Source: Heteronotia binoei
Lineage: Eukaryota
Direction: 5' to 3'
DNA: 64,000 nt
NCBI RefSeq assembly: GCF_032191835.1
Contig: NC_083233.1
Span: forward strand, 3,162,001 to 3,226,000
The notes beneath the pieces were generated by a model, which was not told where the DNA came from, ran no database searches, and saw only the letters and a program-made list of their open reading frames with translations. Numbering within the stretch: position 1 is the first letter of the stretch; each line of letters begins with the position of its first letter. Of the stretch, positions 48,588 through 60,576 are shown piece by piece. The position numbers were made by a program, and so were the translations under genes.

Positions 48588-48784
48588 GACCAATTTCCCA
48601 CTCACCCTTCGCTGCTCTGGCGTTCCTCTTTTCAGCGCGGCATCCTTTCAGTTTCCCACTATCTGCTCCAGGGCTTCATCTTGCATTGCGGTTTTTGCAC
48701 GATGGACAGAACCACTAAAAAACCAGTTTCTTGTTGCCGCGCAAAAATGGCGACGCAAGATAAAGTGTGAGTGGGAAATCGGCC
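48588..48784. mobile_element. Degenerate TIR-bounded MITE (Harbinger-like)
   Basis: GACCAATTTCCCACTCAC vs GTGAGTGGGAAATCGGCC; no TSD seen. Confidence 0.45.
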
Positions 48785-50574
48785 ACAATTTCTGTGTGAG
48801 GATATGAGGGCTACAGACACAGGAGTCAGCACTTTGCTCTCTGAATTGCCAGCACAGCGCTGCCTAGCGTGAACAGGGGAACCGCAGGTCACCTGACTAG
48901 GGGCAGACTTACTAACCACCTATTAAGATCTGTGGCGTGAACTTTAACTGTCTAGGATTGGACTGGCCTTGGGAGGGGGTTGTGCTGGCTGCATCCAGAT
49001 AAACAGGGGCCCGGCCCCGGCATGTTGTCTTGTTGTTGTGTGTTTGTTAAAGAAGGATGTTAGTGGCTGAACATCTCTGAACCCAGCACAAGTGCCTTCA
49101 CGTTTGTTTTTGCTGGCCTCTGTGAAGCACACAAACCCTGACCCAACTGAGCATCCTCCTTAGGGCTTCCAGGGATCCAGCTATGGTGGGAGATGTCCAG
49201 CCGACAGCCCTCTCAGAGGGGCAGCAGGAGACAAAATGACTGCTGGGCAGAAGGCCCAGAAAAACCCAGAAGTGGTGACAGGATTCACCAGAAACTCTGT
49301 GGTTTTGCCCCAGAGTTCCCAGTGACTCCTAGAAGGGCAGACACCACTTCTGGGCTTGCTCTGAAAGTGACATCACGCCACCTGTCCCCTCCACATCCTG
49401 CCTCCCTAGCTCCGTCTCACTGGCCCTTTGCAATCTGGAAACAGTTTTGCTTTTTAAAAAAGTTTGTGAATTTATTTTGGTAAGGTGAAGATTGACCATA
49501 TAGGGGCATAAACATTTATGAGCCTCTCTAAATGTTTTTAAAGGCCAATAGCCATCTGAGAGATGAAAGGAAGACATCGCTGCTTGCCAAAATAGGCAGG
49601 TCATGAACTCTGCTGGGGACCTGTTTGAATGCTCTTCCCGGGTAAGATCTCCTTGCCTGCTGAATGGCAATGTAGTATTCAGAAGCCTCCTACAGGTCTT
49701 TATATAGTTCTAGGTTATAAGAATGTGGAGGTGTCCGAGGACACCCTTTAGTTATGGCTGCAGAGCGACTGGATCTGGGCAACTTGCTGCTCCTGCTAAA
49801 TAAAGATACACTCTCTTTACTTTGGCAAATCCCCAGTAAATTGATGAGTGGCTGCATTTGACAGGTGCCACCCTGGGGAGGTCATGTGGTCAAGTCAGCC
49901 CACTTGAAGATCCTTGACTGGGTAGACCTGCTTAGGATCTCTCAGTGCAGGAGGGTGGCATGCACTGGGTGAGACAGGGTGCATTTGGCATCCATTGGCT
50001 GAGCTTCTAGGAATCATCTCTGGGCATATTTTGACACGTGAGTCAGCAGCATCTTTCCTGCTTCAGCTGCTTAGAGGGGGGGCAGGAGAGCCCCCCAGGG
50101 GTCTGAGCAGGAAGCAGTGGCAGGGGCCTCCAGGCTAGTCTAAGGGCGGCAGGAGCACACCAAGCAGCCAGCCGAGGGAGGGAGAGATCTGGGGATAAAT
50201 CAGTCAGCACTGGACAGAAAAGGTCAACATGGGGAAGGAACATTCATTTTGAGCTTTGAAGACAGATTGCACAAACAGAAGAAACTGAAATATAAACAAT
50301 GGAGTCCATCTGTGAGATTTCCAGCGAAAATGTCCAGCCCCCATCTGTAGCTTCTTCTGCACAGAATGGAGGGCCATTATCATGTCCTCCCTTCAGAATG
50401 AACCTTTTTGTGTTGGGCGGGGGCATGATTCTCTAGTGCTGTTCTCACTGTGGTACTCCTGGATATCATTCCTTGCTGGTACCATTAGTGATCAATAGTT
50501 TAAAGGACAAGTGAAAGCATTTTTATTTCCCTTGTGCTTTTTATTTATTTTCTGATTCCTCACTCCACTCAGTG

Positions 50575-51370
50575 TTGTTTTTTTTATAAATATTTTATGT
50601 TTTATTAATTCTTATAAAATTGACCATTACAACATATGTTTGTTACATTTACAAAGAACCCTTCCTCCCCCCCCCCAACCCTCCCCATCTGCTCTTAGTC
50701 TTTCCCCCTCAGCCAAGGGCACAAAGTCTTGATCTTCCACTGAATGGCCTTCCTTGTTTCTTCCGACATCCATTCTAGATAGGGCTTCCATCTGGTCTCG
50801 ATTTCCTTGACTTTATCTTCCCACGTGGAATCCTTGTTAATTGATGCCACGATGTCAGACTGTATGTAATCAAACCAATAGTTGTGCCAGATTTCTATTG
50901 ACCATTTACTTTTATCTTTCCAACCCCAAGCAATGACCGCCTTCCCTGCTAATATCATCGCCTTGGCAAGGTTTTGAGTGGATTTGTTTAGTGCCGGACT
51001 TCCTGTTGTACTTAACAGCATCAGGTTAAAGCCAATGGTTAATGATGCATTGCAGACTTTTCTAATAATTTCAATAATTTCCCCCCAGAAGGGCTTAACC
51101 TCTTCACACTCCCACCACATATGTGCAAACCAACCCTTAGATTGTTTGCAATGCCAACACTTGGAACTCATTCCTGGGAATATATTGGCTATCAGTGTTT
51201 TTAGAATAATTTTACTAATTAAATTTTCGGTGAAACAAAATCCACAAGCTGGGAAGAGAGAACAATTTGAAAATCATATTTTCACCCTACAAAATCTCCC
51301 CTCTAGGAATATCTACTCTGTTGGTTGTTGTTGCCTTCAACAACATAATATCTACTCTCTTAGGGAATTG
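50575..51370 (-). mobile_element. L1/Tx1-like LINE 3' fragment
   Basis: Minus ORF 50695-51171 SKCWHCKQSKGWFAHMWWECEEVKPFW (L1 CCHC domain); T-rich tail on the + strand. Confidence 0.88.
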
Positions 51371-51399
51371 AGAGGGCAGATTTCTCCCCACTACCACCC

Positions 51400-52156
51400 A
51401 CTAGGAATAGGTGCGGAATGTAAAAATGGTGATTTGGTTTGGTTCATGGTTCATTGGGTTGCCCAAATTGGTGGTTCGTTTCATTTCATGTTTCTTTCAA
51501 TTTCCTGAACAACTCATGGTTTGCTGCTTCATTCAGTTTTGGAAGGCATAGAGTGTCCCCTGAGTGGGCTAGAGATGCCAAATTTGTGGCAAACTTTTCA
51601 GCAGACTCTCCTCTACCAGTTCTCCAAATTTGGTGTGAATTGGATTTTGGAGGTTGAGCAAAAGCCCCCCAAAGCAGTTGCCCCAGTAAACTGCTCTCCT
51701 AGGAGCTGGGGAAAGAAAGGGAAGTAGCCCTGCAGCTTTTGGCCAGTTTCACCCTCAGGAAGCTTGGAAACTGACTAGACAACACAGCTCCACTCTCCAG
51801 GACTCTGCATTTCTGTTCAGTTTCCTAGAAGCTGCAGGGGGGCAGGGAGAGCAGAGCTGCGGCATCTAGTCAGTTTCACTAGAAACTGACCAGAAGTGCA
51901 GGCCCCTGGGGAGGGTGGAGATGCCGCTTCTAGTCAGTTTCACTGGAAACTGACCAGAAGTGCAGAGGCTGGGGAATCATGCCAGTGCCAGGCTGTCTGA
52001 AAAAATGAAGCAAACACAAACCAAACAACATGCCAAGAAAAAAGGCCAATTTGTTTCATGTTTGGGTGCAGCAGGATCAGATTAGCCCATTTGAAGTGAA
52101 CCACAAATCAGCCATTTTTAGCACAAATCATTATTAATGGTTTGGTTCATGCCCAT
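51400..52156. mobile_element. Non-autonomous DNA element with internal hairpin repeats
   Basis: Ends GTTCATGCCCATCCC; internal copies of TCAGTTTCACT(A/G)GAAACTGA. Confidence 0.45.
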
Positions 52157-52744
52157 CCCACCCGCCCACCCAAAGCCTTTCCTCTTCTCCAGTCTGTCAA
52201 CTGTTTCAATATTCTGTTCCCTCAGGAGCCCTTTCAGTCCTGGTCGGAGATGTCAATAACTTTCAAAAGAATAAGATCTCCATTCATTCGTAACTGTGAT
52301 GAGACACAAGGCAAGCCACTCACGAGACCTCTTTGATGTTTTTGTCTGAAGTTTGACTCAACTGCCAGGGCAAGCAGTTTTGCACCTGCCGAGATTATCC
52401 ACTCATGTGAGGTAAAAAAGGCAGTGACCCCTACTGCAACACAACTGCACAGCTGCAATAGACCAACCACGCCACACACACATCAACAAATAAACAATTA
52501 TGGAAATTTCAGCACCACCATAAAATGTTAGGGTTTTTTCATTGGTATGCAGAATATATAGTCTGGGATGCCTAGGAGAAAAACTGGAGAAAAAAGAAAG
52601 ATGCCGATTGAAGGCCCAGCATTTGAAGTCAATCCTTACAATTTCTGGCCCCAGAGTGGTGGAACAGCCTCCCATCTGAGATCAGGGAGAGAGAGAGAGA
52701 GGGGGGGGGGGAGTACTTTCCGTTTCTTACAGAGGCCTGCATTC

Positions 52745-52905
52745 TTTATTAGTGGAAGGAAACAAGAGTCCAGCAGCACCTTAATGACTAACACCGTTTG
52801 TGGCTGCAGGGCATGAGGTTTCTTGAGTCACTGCTCACTTCTTCAGACACAGCTAGAATGTGAGCCCATCTGTCCTTATACCTTGCAGATTGAAGTGATT
52901 TTAGA
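52745..52905. mobile_element. Penelope-like (Poseidon-type) terminal fragment
   Basis: CAAGAGTCCAGCAGCACCTT...GAGTCACTGCTCACTTCTTCAG resembles recalled reptile Penelope termini. Confidence 0.5.
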
Positions 52906-53607
52906 TGTTGCATAACAATAACAGGCATTGGGAATGAGAGAAGAAACCTAGGTCTCCATTCAGTCCAGGAGGATGCATTGCCTCGAGCTTCATTATCAGT
53001 TGCAATTCAGCAGTCTCTCTTTCTCCTCTCCCTTTGAAATTCCTTTGTAAGAGAACTGCTACTCTTAGGTCAGCAACTGGATGTCCTGGAAGGTTAAAAT
53101 GCCCCCCCCCCCACTGGTTTTCAGTGTTTCTAATAGCCGTAGAAAAGAACTACCAGTGTGTTTTTGGTGCGCAGAATATTGCAGTGGAGGTTTCAGACTC
53201 AAGTGGGAAGAGAAGTGTGTGTGGCTGGAAGAGATCCTGGCTTTAAATGTGACTCAGAAAACAGACTTCCAGCTAGAAGCAGAATGCCCTCCTGAACAAT
53301 TTTGTTTTGCACATTTTCTAAACTGACAGAGGTGTGGGGGCCTTTCCAAGAGGCTCAGGCCAGTCATTCTATGATGTGAGATCCAGCACAGAGAATGTGT
53401 GTGGGCAGCTGCCAGTGTTACCTGTTTGGATTAGCTCACATGAGTGCATCTGTCACAGCAGAGCAGAGCAGAGCAGGAGAGGCAGCCCTGCAGGTATGCG
53501 GTTCCAGTGCCATTAAGGGCTTGGTAGGTGACAGAACCTTGAATGGGGCCTGGTAACTAGTGGGTCTGCAGAGTGAGAGTGATATGCAAATTCTGCTTAG
53601 TACTTAG

Positions 53608-54086
53608 GAGAGAGGCCATGGTTCATGGTATAACACCTGCATTTGGCATGCAGAAGGTCCCAGGTTCGATCCCTGGTGTCTCCCGTTAGAGAACCAGGCA
53701 GTAGGTGAACTGCTGCCAATCTGAGTAGACAATGCTGACCTTCTTCTATTTGTTCATTTGTTTGTTTAATTTGATTTGTAGCCCCCCCCCTCCTTTCTGC
53801 AAAGCAAGTTCAGGGTGGGTTCTATCATAAAAATTATACAGTAAAACCATTTAAATAGTAATACACCAGTTAAAATTTACAGCCTAAACTTAAGGCAAGA
53901 TTAACGGGCTCTGCCTCAGCTGGTCAACCCATCAGTCCGAAGTCCATCAGGGGAGGCCTAATAGGAGGAGGTCTTAATAGCAGGTGATGCCTGTTGCCTC
54001 AACTGAAGGCCTGGTGGAAGAGCTCTGTTTAGCAGGCTCTGTTTTGCCCGGATGGACCAATGGTCTCATTCGACATAGGGCAGCAC
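53608..54086 (+). mobile_element. Squam2-type SINE split by an L2 tail (~53745-54040)
   Basis: Head GCAGAAGGTCCCAGGTTCGATCCCTGG; CTGAGTAGACAATGCTGAC resumes as GATGGACCAATGGTC...GGCAGC. Confidence 0.6.
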
Positions 54087-54514
54087 TGTCAGGCGATGGA
54101 GACTCAAGGCCGTATTCATTTGAGACAATGTAATACTTTATTGGAAACTCATAGCTTGAAACAGAAATTGAGACTAATCCCTTGGCAGGGGTGTTTCTGG
54201 GTCTTATGGAATCTACATCAAAGAACTATCTGAACAAAGACAATATTCTCAAAACAACAGGGAGTGAAGGTGCAAACTTTCACACGAGAGCCTCTGCTTA
54301 TCTCCTAGCCTCTGGGAAGATGCTGGCCAGCGGCAGTATCTATTAATGGTCACATTCCTTTGCTCTCTTTACAACCTAAACAAAGTTAACACTTCAAACG
54401 TCCCCTTTGATATGCATGGTGACTACAATATCACAAAGGCCAGGGGTTAGTATAGAAAAGTCCATTTGGTTAGTATTTTATAATTTCAGTATGATAGAGT
54501 TACAGAGCCTGACA
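54087..54514 (-). mobile_element. Solo LTR (428 bp)
   Basis: TGTCAGGC/GCCTGACA termini; perfect 5-bp TSD AGCAC; minus-strand AATAAA near the left end. Confidence 0.88.
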
Positions 54515-57134
54515 AGCACCACCAACCACTCGATGAAGCAGTGTTGAATCATGTGTGTGAAGTCACACAGTCTCTTGGATGTGTGTCCTCACCCGTCACA
54601 CCACAGGTGGGCAAGCCAATCCAGAGGCTCTCTGTTTGAGAATGGCCCCCGTAACTGACCTATGAAATGCCCTTGTAAGGCAGTTTCACGTGTACCCATT
54701 CGGGAGATGGGCCAGGGGCAGCAGCGGGGAGGGGGGTGCCTGAAGGGGGTCACATCAGCATGCCTGGAGGTTCAGGTGAGGGCAGCCTTCTCTGCAGTCC
54801 ACGAGGGCTGATCTTTGAGGTCTCTGCTTCCACCTCCAGGGGGGAGAGCTTTGGAGGCTGTTTGGGATATCGGGGAGGGAAGCCTGAGTTGCCAGTCACT
54901 GTGGAGCTTGCCCAGAGCCTCTTTCAAGAGCCCATTGTATTTATCCCCACAAGAGGCCTTAGGCCGAGTAAACTAAAATAAATAAATCATTCAATCAGAG
55001 AAAACTGGAAATAAGCTGTGTGTGCATAATAGGCCACTATCTTTACATGCGCACGTGAAGGCAGCAGTTCATCATGAAGCAGGGCCATAGGTGTTGCCTG
55101 TTGCCCAGGGAATGATAGCTCTTTATTTGAAGACATAACTACATCTCCCATGAGGCACTGTAAGAGGGTGTGCACATGGAGATAATTCCTGATTGGAACG
55201 GCTCACCTGCCTTTCCTGCTCACAGGGTGGAGCTCTATGCTATGTTGGGAAACACTTGCTCTCCACCCTGCATTGGCTGGAATAATGGAAATGCCGGGTG
55301 AGGGGTGGGGCCAGTGGCTCTTGCTGATGCCTCTCTCCATATTCCCTCCCCCATCAGGCTGACCTTGATTCCAGAGCCCATCTGAGACAAACATTATTAT
55401 CAATGGCAGAGAGAACGGATAGGCTATAGGGGAAGGGCTAGTCTTTCTCTCGTGCACTGGGAATCCCAGCATTATCTGTGTGGTTCGTTGCTTTGCCCTG
55501 AACTGGTTTGAGAACAAGCCCACTGCAGCCCTTCCACAAGCATGCCTGCTTTCAAAAATGTGTTTTGCAGTAAAGGGTTAAAAGAATGCAGCTGCTTTGG
55601 TGACAAGAACACGACGAACTCCTCTTCCCCCTCTCTCCTGTTTGCCAAGTACAGTTCTGTGTTCTCCACACAGGCCACCCAGTGCAGGCTGCAAGACCTC
55701 GGCTGGGTCCAGACCAGCAGTTTAAGCCCTTCCCTGTTCTGGTGGTGGGCCGTGTGCTGCCTGACTGCCCCAGGGCACTTTGTGGGCTGGGTCACTGCTG
55801 CCCCTGCCTGCCCGTCTGTGCCCAGCCCTTGAGGTTCTGATTCCCACTCTGCTTGCTGTTCAAAATGGTTGGCTGCCCCAACTTCCTCCACAGTGAATTC
55901 AACCATTTGTCCGTGGGCCCAGTTCAGAGAGGAAAGGGACCGTTTCATCTAGGATATGGGGAGACCCATTTGTGTGATGGGCTATAACACAGAGGACCAG
56001 TGTACTGTAAGCACACAAACCCCATTGGCTGGAAAGTCTCCACAGCCTCCTCCTGTAGCCCAGTGAGCCATAACAATGCAGATGTCATGTAGAAACCACA
56101 TGAGATGGGTGGCTGAAACATGGGGGGGTGAAAAGCAGCCTCTGTGTGAAACTCCCTCTGGAGTTTCTTGGCTGTTTTGCCTAAACAGGAACCACCACCA
56201 CACACCCCCACCCCCGTTTCACTTCAGGCAAGATTCTGTGGCAACTCTGGTCTTGACTGCTAAATAGCAGATGAAATTCCCTGTTGATGTCAAACAGGCT
56301 TCAAGGATGCATGGCCATGACCAATGAACACAGAGAGATGTGTGTTGAGAGCTTGTCAAATAAGTGCTTCACACCATGCATCAGCACAATTATGGATGAT
56401 TTGGTGCTTGCTGGTCTGCTTATTCAGCCTCCATTTGGCTGGCCTGCGTGGCTCTTTGGAGCGGGGCGCATGTTGAAGCAACAGGCCTGTGAGGGAATGC
56501 ATTCCTTCCAGAGGGGCAGCTGGCCACAGAAGGGCCACGAGGTTGCCTGTTGTTTGGCAGAGCTGATTCAGGGCGCGCCAACTGGTGCTTGGCTCCACTT
56601 GACCCCTTTTCACAACATGCCAGATGCATGTTGGCCTTTTCTTTGGCCTGTGCCTTTCTTCCCTGTTTCCTTCCAGAAAAGATTTCCTCCTATATAATTT
56701 TTAGGAAGCTTTCTTTCTGCTTCTGTTTCATTTTGTTTACAGAAACTTGTTTTCACATGCAAAGCTTTGCTCCGAAGCTTGGCAGAAAACACACGGCAGA
56801 TCCTTAAAAACAACAATCAGTGAAGTTATTGTGCATGAAAAGCACCCAAAGGCACACCGGATGAATTCAAACATGAGGAGGCCTTTGTCCCAGGGCCTCT
56901 TGCAGAGAAGCAGAAAAGATTCTTTACAAGATTTGCAAAATTGATGGGAGCCTTGCCCTTGAGCCATTCAGTGGGAGTCCACCGAAAAAAAGATTTTGAG
57001 AGGGAGTAGCTCAGCTTCAGAAAAGTGTTTTATTATGTATTGCATGGAATCCCTCTTCCCTTTAAGGAGGCATCCAGACCTGAGCATCTTCCACAAATAT
57101 AGCTGTACAGCTGCATAGAGGTGTTGGGGGGGGG

Positions 57135-57591
57135 GGGGTTGAGCAGGAACGCACAGGGGATGCAGTTCCAGCTGGCTTGGCCAGGGCTGCGGCTCAAAGA
57201 AAGGTCTCTGGCAGAGGGAAGGCACTAGGCAGCCACTTGCACCCAGACCACACGCTCCATCCTCTCTGCTGCCTCCAGCCTCCAGTGGGCTTGCAAAGAG
57301 AGCGAGAGATGCAAAGCCACCCACGAGTGCCCCCTCCTGGGAGAAGCTGGGCCTGCCGCTGCCTGCTCCACCATGTGTGGCTCTCTCTCTCCAGCCGCGT
57401 GGGGGGGAGGGGGGTGAAACAAGGTCTCCCATTGGGCTGTGGGAGAACACACATCCATCTGATGGCACTGAACTCTTCTGTGTCAATATGCGGGAAGTAA
57501 CCTACTGAACGGGTGACGTGACATCAGGGGGTATGCCTGGTATGCAAATCAGTTCCTGCTGGGCTTTTTCTACCAAAAAAAAAAAGCCCTG
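57135..57591 (-). mobile_element. Expanded member of the 119-bp MITE family
   Basis: Left half TTGAGCAGGAACGCACAGG..CAGTTCCAGCTGGCTTGG at ~57139-57181; right half ATGCAAATCAGTTCCTGCTGGGCTTTTTCTAC...AAAGCCCTG at ~57525-57591. Confidence 0.6.
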
Positions 57592-58609
57592 GAGGTGTTT
57601 GAACCTATACAGCACTTGTCAGTCTGTGGCATGTTAAGCAATCATGTATCTATCTGGAAATAGTTTTGCAATTCAAGCACTTTGGTGGAAATCCACAGAC
57701 CCTGTTCTTTCCCCTACATGCTGCAGGGGGGTTCACTTTTCATCCAGACCCCCATCAAAAGGCAGCTGCTGTAGGTAGGTCGGCCAACTTACAAACAGTG
57801 GGAGTTTCCATGGGATTATGACATGTCCGATATCACTTCAAATATCTGGAAGTGACATCCCACAGCTACCCCATTCCCGTGGCTGCAATAACAGATCAGA
57901 TGCTCCACAAGAGAAGACAAGGGTGGAGCCTGGGGAAGCGGAGCCATGGAGCCACAAAGGTGGCCTAAGCACTCCGCTGCATGTTCAGCTGGGGAGAACC
58001 AGGAAGGAGCAATAGTGACTAGACAAGAGCCACTCATAACATTTGTATCCTGTTCCCTGTAGGGAGAAAAGGTTAGGAGCTAGGACACCTTGAGGCATTG
58101 GACTGGGGATGAGAGGTTTGCTAGACCAATGAAAGCAGTTCACACAGAACTGGGGCCACTGGGGCAGGAAGGGCTGGTGGTGTTGGCCATTGTTCTAAGT
58201 GTTGGAAGGAAAGGCCAAATGTAGCACAAGGCCTGAGCTCAGGTGGAGGTTGCCCATTGAAAGGGGAGGGCATGAATGAAATCAACCCACACTGGGGCAC
58301 AAATGTTGCAATTTGCAGATCCAGCAAGCCTCCCCTGACCAAGCGAAGCAGGGCTGGCCCTGGGGAGTACTTGGAGGGAGGCCACTGACACACACTGCAT
58401 TCTGGAGTACACTCCTACCCCAAGCCAAATTCAAATGTAACTGGGGTAGAAAATTACCCATAAAAGCAAGAATGTGTCAAGCATGGTAAAAAGCAATGGC
58501 GATCTATGGTTTTAGGGCCCTCCATAAAGCTGGTCTGTAAAACATCATGGAGGCCCGAAGTAACATGGCTCTGTTATTCTCCCTCCCCCCTTTCCCGCTT
58601 TATGGCTTT

Positions 58610-58923
58610 TGTAGTGAATTAGGAAAGGAAACTAGTAGAGAAGAGAAGGAGTGACACCTTCCCATACATTCCTGCATGGGAGTGTAGACCATCTGGGAAA
58701 ACAAGGACGAGATACTGATAACGTTGTGAGAATGTAGACTTATATGATAGGAATGCGCTGGCATTCCTCACCCCTTCCCTTGAGAATCCTTTGATGTATG
58801 TCTTAAAAGAAGTGTATCAATGTATTGTTGGCATCACTCTCAAGGTCCTGTACCAGGAGAGCAGACTGATTTAGCAATAAACATAGTTTTGTATCCACTT
58901 GACTCGTTCTTTTGGAAATCACA
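58610..58923 (+). mobile_element. LTR-like segment
   Basis: TGTAGTG...AATCACA, AATAAA ~58877; no clean TSD. Confidence 0.4.
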
Positions 58924-59022
58924 TGCTTGACAGAATGTTTGTGGCAGCCAAACACCCAGAGCCAGAAAACACACTTTGGCATAAGACGAAATGTCCACTT
59001 CAAGAACCGGCAGACTGTGACT

Positions 59023-59204
59023 CAGGAACCAGTAGACACTTGTGCATGTTGCACAGGAACCAGTAGACACTGGTGCAAGTCTCAGGAACCAGTAGACACT
59101 TGTGCATGTTGCACAGGAACCAGTAGACACTGGTGCAAATCTCAGGAACCAGTAGACACTTGTGCATGTTGCACAGGAACCAGTAGACACTTGTGCATGT
59201 TGCA
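59023..59204. repeat. Minisatellite of alternating 31- and 29-bp units (60-bp higher-order repeat)
   Basis: Units CAGGAACCAGTAGACACTTGTGCATGTTGCA and CAGGAACCAGTAGACACTGGTGCAA(G/A)TCT in the order A-B-A-B-A-A. Confidence 0.95.
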
Positions 59205-60060
59205 GAGCATCCCGGTGCTAGATATAGTTGACTGTCTGCCTGTCAACATCTTCTGTTGGGACTGTGTCCATTATTTGTGAGGCAACAATAAGCCTGAATT
59301 ATTCACTTAAGCAAGCAAGTTCCAGCGAATCCCACAGCTGCAAAGCGGTCGCCTTCCTTGGGACAGCCCTGAATCCACCTTTTGCCTGGGCAGGGACTTG
59401 CAGAAACTGGTGGCTTGGGTGTCCCATGGACTCCGGGGGTCTATTAGAACTCCTGCCTGCCTCTTTCCCATCACACTGTGTGCTTCTGGAGACTCATGCC
59501 TTCAACGTGATGTCCCTTGACTGCGACTCTTGAGAAAACGGAGTTATGTGCCTGACAGCATTTCCATTACAAAGTCTGATTAATTGGGGTGGGGAATTGG
59601 GGGTCAGGCTTAAAAGTGTTCCTTCCAGATGTGAATTTTTGTTCTAATTCCCTGCCTCTGCCCTTCCCAAGATTTAAAGCCTCTAACTTTTTGATTCCCT
59701 TTTCAAAGTAGAGAAAATATGTGCTGCCAGGCTCTGTTGGGAATTATTCTTTTTGCTCCACAAAGTCATTTGGGAGACATATGACTAGAAACAAGTCTGT
59801 TGGAACCACCCTGACATGTCACAAAGATGTCCGGAAGTGCTCCAAACAGCCCTGTTTATGAGTAGACAGGAGTGTTCTGCTTGGAAATCACAGGGAAAAT
59901 TAACCTCCTCATTTATATCGTCCTCAAGTTCACAATTGCCTACAGTGGTGCCATTCCATAGCCATGTCTGACTAATTAGGCATTGTAAATTTTAGAGTTA
60001 TTTAAGACTTTTAAGACTGTTTATTTGTTAAAGGTGTTTAGTCTAATTTATCATTGTTAC

Positions 60061-60568
60061 TAGGGTTGCCAAGTCCAATTTAAGAAATATCTGGGGACTT
60101 TGGGGGTGGAGCCAGGAGACTTCGAGGGTGGAGCCAAGATCAAGGCTGTGAGAAGCATAATTGAACTCCGAAGGGAGTTCTAGCCATCACATTTAAAGGG
60201 ACAGCACACCTTTTCAATGCCTTCCTTCCATAGGAAATAACGAAGGATAGGGGCACCTTCTTTTGGGGCTCAAAAAATTGGACCCCCTGGTCCAATCATT
60301 TTGAAACTTGGGGGATATCTTGGGGAGAGGCACTAGACACTGTACTGAAAATTTGGTGTCTCTACCCCAAAAAACAGCCCCGCCAGAGCCCCAGATACCT
60401 GCGGATCAATTCTCCATGATTTTCTATGGGAATAAATCTCCATAGGGAATAACAGAGTTCCCAGCAGACATTTCCCTCCCCTCCCCCCGCTTTCTGACGA
60501 CCCTGAAGCGGGGGGAGGGTCTCCAAACCGGGGGATCCCCTGCCCCCACCTGGGGATTGGCCACCCTA
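60061..60568. mobile_element. Non-autonomous hAT element (508 bp)
   Basis: TAGGGTTGCCAA / TTGGCCACCCTA termini; perfect 8-bp TSD ATTGTTAC. Confidence 0.9.
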
Positions 60569-60576
60569 ATTGTTAC

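Noticed and set aside
48241-48807. 188-aa ORF
   Set aside because: Runs into a degenerate MITE (48588-48784) and has no recognisable domain.
49480-49863. Possible LTR (TATA-like box, AATAAA ~49799, ends TTGACA)
   Set aside because: No defined left terminus or TSD; too weak to call.
55472-55948. 158-aa minus ORF and a possible plus-strand terminal exon (GHPVQAARPRLGP...)
   Set aside because: Neither reading is recognisable, and no supporting upstream exon was found.
59023-59204. CRISPR-like array of repeats
   Set aside because: No unique spacers (the variable parts are two alternating sequences), no cas genes, and the context is vertebrate.
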